From: Marsupella aquatica
Lineage: Eukaryota > Plantae > Marchantiophyta
DNA: 64,000 bases
Direction: 5' to 3'
Assembly (NCBI GenBank): GCA_973895155.1
Contig: OZ316894.1
Span: 22,725,867-22,789,866 of the forward strand
The position numbers and the translations under genes were made by a program. Shown here piece by piece: positions 48,628 to 61,500 of this stretch. Position 1 is the first letter of the stretch; every line of letters begins with the position of its first letter. Below the pieces are notes generated by a model. The model was not told the origin of the DNA and searched no databases. It saw only the letters and a program-made list of their open reading frames with translations.

Positions 48628-50946
48628 GTTGTTATTGTTGCAAAAATATTATCATTCTAATAACTGCTGTTGTTGTAAATTGTTGTTGTCAGGGAGACAA
48701 TGCAAAGGCAGAGAACATGGAATGTACATGGGGACAATGCAAAGGTATGTAGAGCACACGGAATATACATGGGTGCCAATGCTAATAGGAGAGAATATTT
48801 GTTTGCTTTTTAAAAAACATCTCATGAATAAAGATAATTCAAATACATTCACAAAATTATTTTTAACTGAAATATTAGTTTTCAATTTTTGATTGGATTA
48901 TTTAGTTAATTAATTTTGGACAGATTCAAGGCAGCTCAAGCATGCATTTGAGATAGGATGAGTGTTTGGGTGAATCTGGTGGTGCTGAAAAATTGTTTTT
49001 TGATGAGCCAAGATTGGCTCTCGCTTTTGAGTTGTACACAAACAACATATCATTTGGCAAGATAGGGTACTACAATGTTTGATGCTACACTCTTTACATT
49101 ATTTGGTGTCGCACATAGTTATTATGGGTTACCCATGAGTTTTCAACCATTATAGTGACACTATTTTCTGCACCTTCAGTTCAAAATATTAATTAATTAT
49201 ATATAGTGGCAAAAATTGATAATTAGAGATGACAATATTTTTTATAAGGATTTTATGAATTTCTGAAGTTTTCTCAATATATATTTTAAATTTTAATTTA
49301 AGGACATTTAAGGGAATTTAAGGAAATTTTAAATTTAATTTAATAGCCAGTCACCAAGCCAGGGTCAACATTTGAACACTAGACCTATGATTCTCAATTC
49401 AAGTGAGCTGCCACACAGCCATACCTCTAAAGTTGGGCTAGGTTTTTCAATATGTTTGAGTAGTGCATGTGAATTTTGTAAACCTAGTCAACTAGTTGCA
49501 AATAAAAAACATTAACTATATATGCAAATTTTGACTATTCAACAAGTGGGACTATATAGATCACTGCCGCTGAAAATTTCCCCCATTAACCAATATTTGT
49601 GAGCAATTTTGTCAGTCCCAAAGTTCTTACGAGCTAAACAATGGTTAATACACCTTGCAAAATGACCTAAAAATTAATTCTATGAGTGTGGAGTTTTAGA
49701 TAAAGGCCTCAGGGAAACCTGGGCTACTCATGCAGTTGAGGATGCAAGCCAAACATTGTTGCATGACAGGGTAGTTGTGGACTCAGTACCCTGTTGACAA
49801 CCTGCAACCTGCTGTCAACATGGTTGCTGCAGGGTTGACGACCACTCACAACGTGAGCCCCTCCTCAACTCCTTGTGCAGCCAGTTTGAAGTGGTTGTGT
49901 ACATCAGAAAACCAGTTATGCATAGACATAACTTTGTGCCCTTCATTTGAGTTGTAGTAAAAGGAAAGAACCATTCCCGTGGCCTACAAGATAACAAGAT
50001 CATGGATGGTGAAGGGCTTGATCCCCAGGGAAGGCAAGTCAGAGAATTGGTTGAAAATACTACAACATCTGTTTGGTCAGATTCAAGTATGACATTAGCA
50101 AGGGGGGCGAACTGCATTCCAAACTATGTCAGGAAATAAGGGATGTCTGACCCATTGCTGAAGGTTGAGGAAGGTCTAGTGAGAATTTAAATGTGATGAG
50201 AAACCAGATGAGTGGCTTTGAAGTGGTGTGTTGGATGAACCTCTGTTCAAATAGGCTGAATAATTGAACAGTGAAAATCAGATGCACACCTTCGAAAGGT
50301 ATGTCAAAACAAGGTTCAGTTCAACTATCTAGCCTAACCAAACTAAGAAATGGTTTAGAATTGAAGGATTGAATGGACTCCGGGGAGTGGTGCTAAAAAT
50401 GAGCGCATAGCAGAAGTCAGAATGCATGAGAATTGAACTTTGGAATGGGAATTGAGATGATGTGTGCATGAGTAGTTGCATCAGCTGTCCAAATGTTTCA
50501 AAAACTTTTACTACTAGCTCAGGAGAAACAGGACAGCTACGTGTATACTTGTTGCACTACAAAACCCTTGTGACCAATTGCAAAAATGCTTTGGTAATTA
50601 CAGGCAAAGTGATCAAGCTAACGTACTTTGAAACTAAGTAAAGGTTGGCTCATGGTTGTTTGTGGATCAGCTCAAAGCAATCAATTGCACATTGGTCCTT
50701 CACCGTTTTCCTGAAGTTCCCCAATCACATGCTTCATGATTGGATTGAAAAGTCAGCTGGTGGAAAGAAATTCCAGGACAACTAAGTCATAAATTTTCAG
50801 TCAATGGATGTATTTCATATTTTGTTGTGGGTGCATTTAGGTACAATACCTTCCCTGTAACAAATGTATTTTGTGACTTGGACAGTGATCGCAGCATTCC
50901 ATTTTTTAACGGAAGTGACCCCAGGTCCTGGGATTTGAGGGCCTCA

Positions 50947-52465
50947 ATGACTCCTGCGGCATCAATGGAGGTGCCGTCACAAGAAAGCGGTGGCAGAAAT
51001 CTACCTTTCAAAATTGTTTACTTCTCGGGTCAGGTATGCTTGGATGTCCCTTGTGACCACTTTCTAAATGTTGAGCTTATAATCATCAAACCCATGTCAA
51101 CTTTCACCAACCATCCCAAAGTACAGTATGGGGTTTTTGGCAGCTTCTCTCAAATCTAGGGTACTCTATTGTTACAATCTGGCAATCGTAGTATCTCACT
51201 GTGAGATTCTTCTGTGCTCAAAGGTACATCAATGGCAATTTGGTCGCTCTTACTAGCCATGAAGCATGGTAGGGCACAGGAGGTGGTATTACAGAGAGTT
51301 CTGGATTTGATTTCAGAACATGTTGGACGGTTTTATATAAGCACACGCCAGTTCTTTGTTCCAAGCACTGCAGTTTTGTAGAAAGATATCTTGGGAATTG
51401 ACTACTAGTGGGTGCCCTTTGAGGCACACATAGTTCCAATTTCAACTTGTGGAAGTGTGTCAATGGCTGCTTATGCGTCTAAGCTAAAAATCAAAGTTTA
51501 TGCCTTCCTTGACAGCAAGTGGCAATTGCTCCTCCATGTAGGATGAAGACTACCCAGCAAGTGAGCTAAACAAGGGAATTCAAGGCCGAGGGTGGCAAAG
51601 CTCAAGGCCTGCAACTTTATTCTACCTGAATCTGCTTATGGGGCCAGGGTATTTGTGATGTTACTATATGTCAACCTAGGGGAGATCTAGGGTTAGCATT
51701 CAGTTATAACACAATTTTGGTTGTGTGGATTTTTTGTTTATGGATGTATGAGATTAATTGATTCATCTTGAGGCATTGCACTTTCGTTTGTAATAATGTA
51801 ATGCGAATGCAGGTTTTGCTTCTACCCGCAGGAGCTTGTATTGGAGCTTCAATGGCCATCCAGGATTATCAACATGCAACTACTTTGTCATGAATTCAAG
51901 GCTTGTTCCTATGTTCCATTCTGACTAAAATGCAATATATGATACTTCTAAGTCTCAAACCATTATTTATTGCCAGATTTGCTGCTTTCCCAGCTGCCTC
52001 TAACCGCACTCACCATACAAACAGTTTGAAACATGCAGTAAGGTACATCGAGGTTGCATCATACCTCAGGTTCTTGTTGTTTTGAACCCTTTTTTGATAG
52101 AGCATTCAGTTCAGGGCATTTCATTTGCAGGTCTACATTGTAATCAAATCAAACTGTACATAGCATGTTCTCATGGAGAAGAACAGCACCTTGACCTCCC
52201 GGTTGACGTTGGATGTCACTACTTGGCTGATGGAAAATATTAATTTTGCAAAAGCTTTTGCACGAAACACAATTCTGTGCTCCCTATTGTATTTAAAATG
52301 TTTTTTCAATATTGCCTTGCCATTGGGAATATCCTCGTAACAAGGTAGTTTTGTGTACACTATGTTCTAGGATCTCTCCGATATAAGCCAACAAGATAGA
52401 TCGAGAGATGCAACAGACTGCCTGAAGCCCACCACAATTGGCAGAATGATAGGATTATTTTTCTA

Positions 52466-52508
<43 letters not shown>

Positions 52509-55500
52509 TTGTAATTATTATAGTTGTGTTTATATATGTTTACTAATATAATTTCCTTTATCTGATTTAATTCAAAGAAAGATTGGATTTCAGAGAGCAA
52601 AGTAGGAATCGTGGTGGTTAGGATGTATGAGATCAATGGGGCATGATTCTAAGCTGGAAGAGGACACCTGATATGTAGGTGGGACCTTGACTCACTGACT
52701 CGGTAAATGTGCAGATTCCATCTAAAGTGGAGGTTTTTGTTAGTTTCATGTCACCGTGGGTCCACAATGAGAAAGCAATCTCCCAGATGAAGCGTCTTGG
52801 GTATGTTGGAGACACTATTTTCTGGAATCATGCCAAAGCATGTCTGCAAGTAGTGAGGATGCACATAATTATTTAGAGCAGGCTGTCCAGACAATCCTAT
52901 TGCCTTTGAAATTGTTTACTTTGGCTGGAACAATGGCATCACATTGAAGCTCTGCTCTTTTTGTTTGAGAAAAGGGGATACAACCCATCAATAGCACACA
53001 AGGAGGCAAACCCACCCAAGCTCGGGAGAAGCTCTATTGTGAACTAAGCAGATTTCTTCAAGGAGTTATTAATTGTGCAGATGCTTTTGATTATGCCCAT
53101 TGCTGTTAAACTCTAGAGCACTGATTGCAAATCCTTTCATAAACATGGTGTAGGTACTTGTCTTTGGACCCAAACGATCGTAGCGGTCATCAGGCAAGGG
53201 AACTAAAAAGCATTCATGTGGACTCTCCGGCAGCTGTTGTGCGCCTGGTGCTCCATAACTGCTACACAAATAAGCTCAATGTTTATAATCAGGTAGAGTG
53301 CCTCTTTGTGTCAATGTTGGAAAATGGCTTGTTTAATTCAATACTTGCAACTAATTCTCAAGCTAATTATGCCTTTATTAGGTTCATTTTGGCTGTATCT
53401 TGGCATTGTAAGAAATATATTTTAAAAATAATTATATTGGATTGAATGGCAGCATTTTGAAGAGCCACATTGGACTTATAATTCTTATATCCCATGAAGA
53501 TTAATGCATTGAATAATAAATATTAAGAGTCTTGATGGTCATTATAACAGGTGGGTCTAATGGCCCTTATTGCAACTGGCGATCCCCTTGAAGATAATGA
53601 AATCACCCGTGTGAAGAAAAGGGGCTTCTCACCCCTGCTGCATTATACTCCAAGGTATCTTGACTTGTGTGCTCTACTTATTCAGTTAATATTGGTTGAT
53701 AATTTTTTTGATGATGTATACCCGAGTATGCAGCTCCCCTTTTTATTAAGGCAAGTTTTTAATTCCTGATCATAGTGCCCTTTATATCCAATTAATTGAC
53801 AATGTCAACCTTCATTTTAGTGTAGTGAACTCTTGTACCTCTCAACTCAGGGAATCCATAGATGTAACTTAGAAAAAAACCTACTTCGTTTTGATGTGTT
53901 AAATTTTTCTCAAAATCAAATTATAAGGCTTATGTTTTACAGGGTTGATAACCAAACTAGCGAGTAAATTAGGATTTTTCTTAATATTTTTAAGCCTTTT
54001 AATAAGATTACAAGTAGCTTAGGGAAATCTTTAAATCTTTTGTGGAAATGGAGGAAAACCAAACTTGATAGATCACCTAAAAAAATAAGAGTGGATTATT
54101 GAAAAATACAACTTTAGGATAGATACGGGATAGATTGGAATAACAATTTATCTTCAAATATAATTAAGCCAACCTTTTTAGTCATATATAAATTAATGTA
54201 GTCTCCTAAAGAGTTGTGTACCTAAGTCTGTATAGATACAGCCTGAGAACTGAACTTTTATCATTGGGTAGTTGCTCGTCTGTGGAAAACAAGACGCAGA
54301 TGGCTTGCACTGATACTACTTTGAATGCTGTTGATTCTTTCACAGCGACGCGTATTCGAAGGGTATGAATTGTTTCTCATATTCTCTCGTTTTGGTCTTA
54401 GTTTGTGCTTGGCCACATCAAAATCAGTTTAATGCTAAGTGCTCTTATATGTCTTGAGTTCTACTTCTGGTGATCTGGCTGTTGTTCTAAGAGATTGAAT
54501 TGCTTCATACTACTGTAGCTTGTGCAAGAAAATTGCAGGAGTATGAAATTAGAATTATGTTCTTTAAAGTGCTTATAATTTTTTTCTCTGGCAGCTCCAG
54601 CAGGAAAAACTTCTTGCTATACAAGAAGAGGACTATGATGAGGCCAAGCGCTTGAAGGTTTTTTCCTCTTTTTCTTGCTTTTTGGGGTTTGCATTTTCCC
54701 ACTCTCTTTCAAGTTTGGTGTTTGTCAGCCTTGGACCTCTTTTGCTTTCACTAGATTGGACTTTGTTTGGCCCCTTTTGTAATATTACGACTTATATTGA
54801 AGGTGGTCCCAAAGCGTGCTAGTCAGTTGGATGCATTGCAAATTCTGAGGCATGCTTTACATTCTGCTGATGGCATTTGTCTGTCGCTAGATTTTCTGCA
54901 CTTATATTGGGGCATAATTCCTCCCTTTCTGTGAATGAGCCCAGTAATATTGGAGTGTCTTTGCTTTTTGGGTATTTTCAGACCTTGATAGACAAGCTAA
55001 AGGGGCTTGGAGAACAGATAAAGCAACTGGAGCAACAAAAGCGTGTGGCTATAGAGGCGGAAGACTATGATGCTGCAAAGATCTGCAAGGTAGATTTTTG
55101 TCCCTAAACCCTAAACCCTTTACCTCCTGACATTCAGCAGAATGTTTCAAATAGTTTCATATTTTAATTTCCTTGTAAAAATCAACAAAATTGGTAATCC
55201 TTTTGTATTTTTGAAAGTGAAGGCAATTGGTCATCTTTGAGCACAAGCGTCCAATTAAACTTGCAATTACCAGAATGCAGTCAATTGTTAGTGTAACTTT
55301 CTTTGTGTCACTTTGTTTTAATTTGCAAAAGAGTACTGTAGCAAAATTTCCCCTCAATGTTAGTGGAGCACTACATAGAGATTCTTAGCAACATTGGAAA
55401 CTAAGGTTTACTGTTGGGATTTTGATCCATAAATGTTTTTAATATTTGAATGTAGGCGAATTTCAATATGAAACGGAAAAATTGTAACCAGCAGGGTACA

Positions 55501-58500
55501 TTTGATCTGACTAGAGCAGGCCGAGATTGATATGTTGAGGAAATGCGATGGAGTTTTGGCTGAGAGTTTGTGCTGTTCAAATGACAATCAAGAATGGTAT
55601 AATTCAGCCAAAAAGATTTCCTAAGATGATGGAATGATGTCTAATTACTTCATTCATTGGTCTCATTTTCTAATTAGAAAGATTCGCTTTAAAAACACCA
55701 TTTACATCTACACTTGCACAAATGTATAACTTGCTGTGAAGAAGTTGGAGTTTCTCTACTATTTACCCATGCTTTGAGTGTGGGCTCTTTCCTAATGTAA
55801 TTGTTGGAAAGCAGAAAGCAGAAAAAATGTATATTTTAGTGAATACTAAGTTGGATACACATCCATTTACAGCTCATCCAAAGTAGAGGAACAATGGAGG
55901 AATCATGAATCAAGCATCCAGTCTCAGGTGCTCACAAAACAAACATTGGAAATTTCATTTTGTGCCATTCATTACTCCATCCCAATGTGTTTCGTAATAT
56001 GTCTGTAGTAGGGCTTATTGCTAAGATCCCTCTTCTCAGTTGATATATATATATCACTGTTAGTTAATGGGTTCCATTAATAAAAATCTGTATTGTCTTG
56101 TCTGCACAAGATTTGCAGTTCATCAAGATTTAAGAAGATTGAATCATTCCCGTACCCTCCATATCATTAGCTCTCGGTAGAGCACATTATTGGGTCCTCA
56201 CCAATTCCATACAACATGCACCATCAACATTATTGGGCCCTCATCAATCCATACAACATGCACAACCCAATGTTGTTAACCCCATCAGTATAGATGAGTC
56301 ACCCATATCAGTGAAGCTCACAACCCAATGTTATTTAACACCTACCACTTTAAGAAAGGACGTTTCACTTTTGTGAAGGACACCTTGAGTAGGTTGTGTG
56401 ACCGACTTGCCACCGTGCATATCAATCAATAAAAACCTCTTTACAGGTCACATATGACTCAAAATTGTAAAGAGTACTATTCGAGCAGATTTTGTTGTTT
56501 TGGGTCAGTCCATTCCAGCTTTGGAAATCTATGGGGGTTTCATTGCAAACCCCTTTGTCCATCCAGGCTTTACTTTCTATCACTTAAGCTCAGGAGCCAT
56601 GCCAAACTCAAACATTATTTTGGCTGTTAGCTTTTTTCCTCTATGCAACCTCAACAAGTCCAAGTCTAAGGCCAAGCAGGAGGCCAAGTCGGAAATTTTC
56701 CACTTGGCTGACCCTCAACAAGTTACTTTTTGCTTGGCAGCCTTCCAGGTTGGGGATTTCCACTCTGTTGAGCTCCTTAAATCTCAGCCACCTCGCTGAA
56801 TTAAAATTTTACGGAGAAAATTGCACTCGGCTGAGCTTGCTGCATGAGTCACTTTAACAACTCGGCAACCCCGTTGGGTCATCTTGGCAGACTCGCTGAG
56901 CTAATAAGCTCCACATTGACAACTGATGGAAGCAACTGATACTTGATACCAGTGACTGAAAACTGATGAGATGGAGCCACTTATACCTCATACCAGTGAC
57001 TGAAAACTGATGAGGTTGTGACACTCTAGAGGACTCTCTCCTTAACTCACATTTGATTATTGAGGTTTGTGAAGTTGATGCTGATTCACTCAAACTCCAC
57101 AATTGCTGTTTTTATCAAAAACTCTCTTAATCCTACAGCAAAGTCAGGGCCTCATTTTAAACAGGGAAGCTTCAAGATTTGTCCAAAGACTTGTGGAAAA
57201 GAGACTTGGACACAGACTCCTCAAGAGAGTGCCAGAGCATCATTCCGAAGTGATGGATCGTTCGGCTCGCAGGGATGCCCAGACGTACCACATCATCACC
57301 ATGAACACCAACCTCAAGGTATTTTACACCATCTGACATAATTAGGAACCACTTTTGTGAATTTTCACTATCTTGCAGGGTGTGGGATGGTTATCACGTA
57401 CATGATTTGACGTTTAAAGTTGAATGAGAGTTGTATGGTTTGAAGTCTGTTTTTGAGAAGCCTATCTGAGTGAGCACTTTGACCAACTTTACATTATTAT
57501 GAGGATTTTCTCAAAAGACCAATGCATGCTACCAGCACATCGACAGTGCTGCCGTTGTTGCCGTTGTTCCCTCTTCTCTTGTTGCTGCTGGAGGTAAATG
57601 GCTGAAATGGAGAAAGGACGGTTCAAACAGGGGAGAATGGTGCTGGTGCTAAAGGGAGACTATCAACGCCAGGGCCTCAATACAAACAGCCATGCCATGG
57701 ATTTTGATTTCATCCAGGATGTGACCGAACTGATTAGAACATTTGAGATTTGACAAGAGTAGAAATTACAGAGATCAGATTTGGGTAAGCCCTCGGGTAA
57801 GCCTTGTACATACATATACATTTTGGTATTGTAGAATTTGTAGGTTAGTTGTTGGTTTTAGTTGGAAACTGTCTGAAACAACAGGTGTAAGTCATTTGAT
57901 GACCTTTGAAGGTTTAGAGGGGCTTTTAATCATGTTTGTTACTTACCTTACGGAGTAGGAGGCTCCTATGGTTGTAGCACCTCTTCCTGTTAAGGTACTT
58001 GTTTCCAAAAGGTGTTGCTCTGGGTGTTGGGGTCTTTTCAAACTCCAAAGTTACCTTACCCAACTAATCAATGTCATTAGACATGCGCAAGTTGCTAGAT
58101 GAGCTAGCACTTGTTTCCTTGATTGCTTCATCCCAGCCTCAGTCCTCTGCAGGCTGTACGTCTAGTGTGAGAGAGTGAGAAAGGGCTGTTGCTTGAACAG
58201 TCAATATACTTCTCGTTACTTCTGTTGGTGATACTCCCATAAATACCTGAAGACTTGTAGCTCCTGGAACTTCTACATTGAATACAAGGGTGTTGTTGCA
58301 TGGTGAACTCATGCAGTAGGAAGAGTAAAAGCAGGAGTTTTCTTGCAATTTTTTTTTGTAAAAGCAGAAGTAGTAGCCAGGACAGGTAGGAATCTTGTTG
58401 ATGCAAAGAGTGAATATGGCTCCGGCTTTCTGCCAGTCCTAACATGTCTGTCACAAAGACATGCCTTTCTGTTGCTTTTCTTTTTTGTAGAGAAGAAGAA

Positions 58501-61500
58501 TGAATAAATTTTAAGTCCACGTGGACTCAATGGGGCCATGATCAACAATGTACAATGACTTGCAAGAACCAATAGTCATAGACCAAAGCGGGCAGCAAAT
58601 ACAAGAGATTATTTGGAGGGTAAGTAAAGATCTATGATTCCATGTAGGAGTCAAATGAATGGGCCTTCTGAGATCTTATCTAAGAGTAATGGAAACTTTG
58701 AAGACTTGTTATTAGAGATACGAGAAAAATCCATAGCCTCCACTAGAAGCTAGTCTCATGAGCTGACCCGCTCACTTATGACTCAATTTCCATAGACTAG
58801 TAAATTAGACAATTTGCACCTAATTGTAATTTGTGCCCATAAGAGTTGCCAAAAATTGGATGCAGTCCTTAGCCTCCTGATGAGAATCAAAGCAAAACTG
58901 GAAATACTTCTCATGATCATCTACTAGTTGCCAAAGGGTGCAGGTCAGTTGAAATTGTTTATAATCCAGGATCTTCCTCCATTAGAAGCTTTAGGCTTGC
59001 TGTCGACAGATGCATCAATTCAATATTGTATTGGCATCTCACTTGGCAGGGAATTGAAGGCATCCAAAATGACTTACAGGGAACCAGTTACAGGCTAGGT
59101 TGGCCTGTCTCAAATAGAATAGATTAATCCAAGGTCCCTAACTAGGAGTGCCAAATGTTTAGAAAAATGCTTCATTTCCAAAGTTATAAGGCAAGGCCTG
59201 GTAAATTCTCCAATCAATGGACCTACAGAACCAATTTGGATTGTAGACAGGGAAGTATCAAACTTCTCAGGTAGCTTCTTGTCGAGGTAAGGGTAGAGGC
59301 TACTGGTAGTGCAATGTGTGCCATATATTGTACGTAAGTTAGTAAGAAATAGTACATTATCTACAACCTAGTAAGATTACAATTATACTGACACCTCAAC
59401 TAAACGGGCTGTGCAGGATCTATTTTCATTAAACATGCCCTTGTGGCACTTTGTTAGCAGTCAGAACCTGGATTTCTTGTAGTATTGCAATTCCTATTCT
59501 GATTTATAGATATAGATGGGACATCAGATATCGGGGGGTTGTCTGCATTGTCCTCCTGACCAATTTGTGTCCCATTAACTTCTTTTCTTCTTTATCCTTC
59601 TCTAGAGACATTCGTTGTTCTATGTAGTCTAGTGTACATCTCAATTTGGTGTTGCTGACCATAGCCTTTGTCACATCCACATCGCTAAGCAATGTCTCCA
59701 CATCTGGGTACCATCTTTTCTATTGTGCTCTTTAGTACTATATCTCTAGTCAGGGGAGTCTCATAAGGAGTATCCTAATGGGTTCTAATTATGTGAGCTC
59801 CTACTGAAGAACAATGAGAAATCTTGCTTGTGTTGCTAAGGGTGCACACAGTAATCATGATCTTGGGATTCATTACACTTATCTTCATGCTTGAGCTAGT
59901 CTTGTCATGGGAAGCATAGTGCCATCAGCCATTAGTGAATAACAATCATTGTCTAGGACGTGACTATGATGTATTTACATGCAGTAAGATTGTTAAGAGG
60001 GCATAAGGAGGGTTTACTCCATTCAGCTCTTTGAGGACATATCAAAGGGGGTGAAAGGCTTTGTCCTCTGGAGTGGTCAAGCAACAAGAAAGTCTTGGTT
60101 GTGGGGGACAGGAAGTTTCAAGGAAAGGAAAATTAAGGAAGGAAATGGGGGCGATCCTGTGGAGTATCACTACAAAATGGGATCGTCCACCAGGAGAAAC
60201 AAAATTGAAAAGAAATTCCAGAAATATGATCGACAGCATACAGTAGGATAGCTTTAGGACTGTGCTGGGTGAAGTTAATAAAAGGCACACTACTGGCCCA
60301 ACTACAGGTTGGACAGGAGTAGAAATATTAGATCAAAGGAAAGTAAAGGATTTCCCGAAAGATTTATATTAGAGAGAGGATACATTTATACTAAACTCCA
60401 ATTCAAATTTGATACTTCTTGCAATAAACCAGCACTAGAAGTGCCGATAAGGTTAATTAAGGGCCCAACCAGTACCACTTGCAGAGGTTCCAAAGCCTGA
60501 TTTCAGCAAGGTAGAGCTACCCGTTACTAGTAATAACTGCATGTTAATTGGATCTCTAACTTGTAGTTTCCTAGCTTTTTTAAATACGAGGCACATTGAG
60601 TTTCACTAATTAAAGTGGCAAGACCAGTATCAAATTTTGGCCGTCATACATATTTTGCATGACAATCCGTGTTCATTTTGTGAATAGATGAGTTGCATCC
60701 CTGAGTACCTTGCAGATATGCTTCATTCTCTTATTATACTTGATCAAATTAGAATGTAATGTGAAGCTTGTTCAAATTTTAATGAGAATTTTCACCATTT
60801 GAACATTACCCCCCTTCTTACAATTGATAAGAACAGGTTTGTTACTCTCTATCTTAGTATTCATGTTCACTCTTTGCTTGGCAGCTATAAATGAAACAGA
60901 GCAGATCACAATCGTACCATATATCCATCAAGGCAAAGTTGCCAATGGACAACAATCCAGTATTTCATTTCAAAAGGAGGCCTCATTCATGCAGCCATGG
61001 GATACTCCACTGGCATCCACCAAGGACAACCATCATGCACCTGTTCGCCGAACTGCTGCACATCCTTCAAATAATAATGTCAGAAATTCTCTTGAAGTCC
61101 CTGAGCCATTGCCAATACAAATTCCATCATCCGGGGATGATGTTACTTCTCCAGAGCCACTTTCAGAAGCTGTCAAGGCAGAGTGTGGTCCACTTTTAAA
61201 TCTACTTGATCTATATCATGTTCAGTGTATATACAGTAAGCAATGGCAACTTCGAGACAAAGCTTTCCAGTTCATTGCTAAGATGTTGCAATCAGAGGGA
61301 CTTGGTGACTCCTCTACTTTCAGGTGATCGAGCACCCACTCCAAAACTCATTGCATGCATTCATGGGCCTTTGTAGGGTTTTTGAAGGTTTTTTAATTAG
61401 GAAAATAATTACCTATTCAGAAACTTTGGTGTAAACTCTTTTATTTTGTTTCTCTACTGAAAAACGTTTTGTGGCAGAATTTTAGACTCGGTGCTTATTC

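Noticed and set aside
55102-55119. Interstitial telomeric repeat (CCCTAAA)2CCCT
   Set aside because: Only 2.5 units inside an intron. Such telo-box-like motifs are common and uninformative here.
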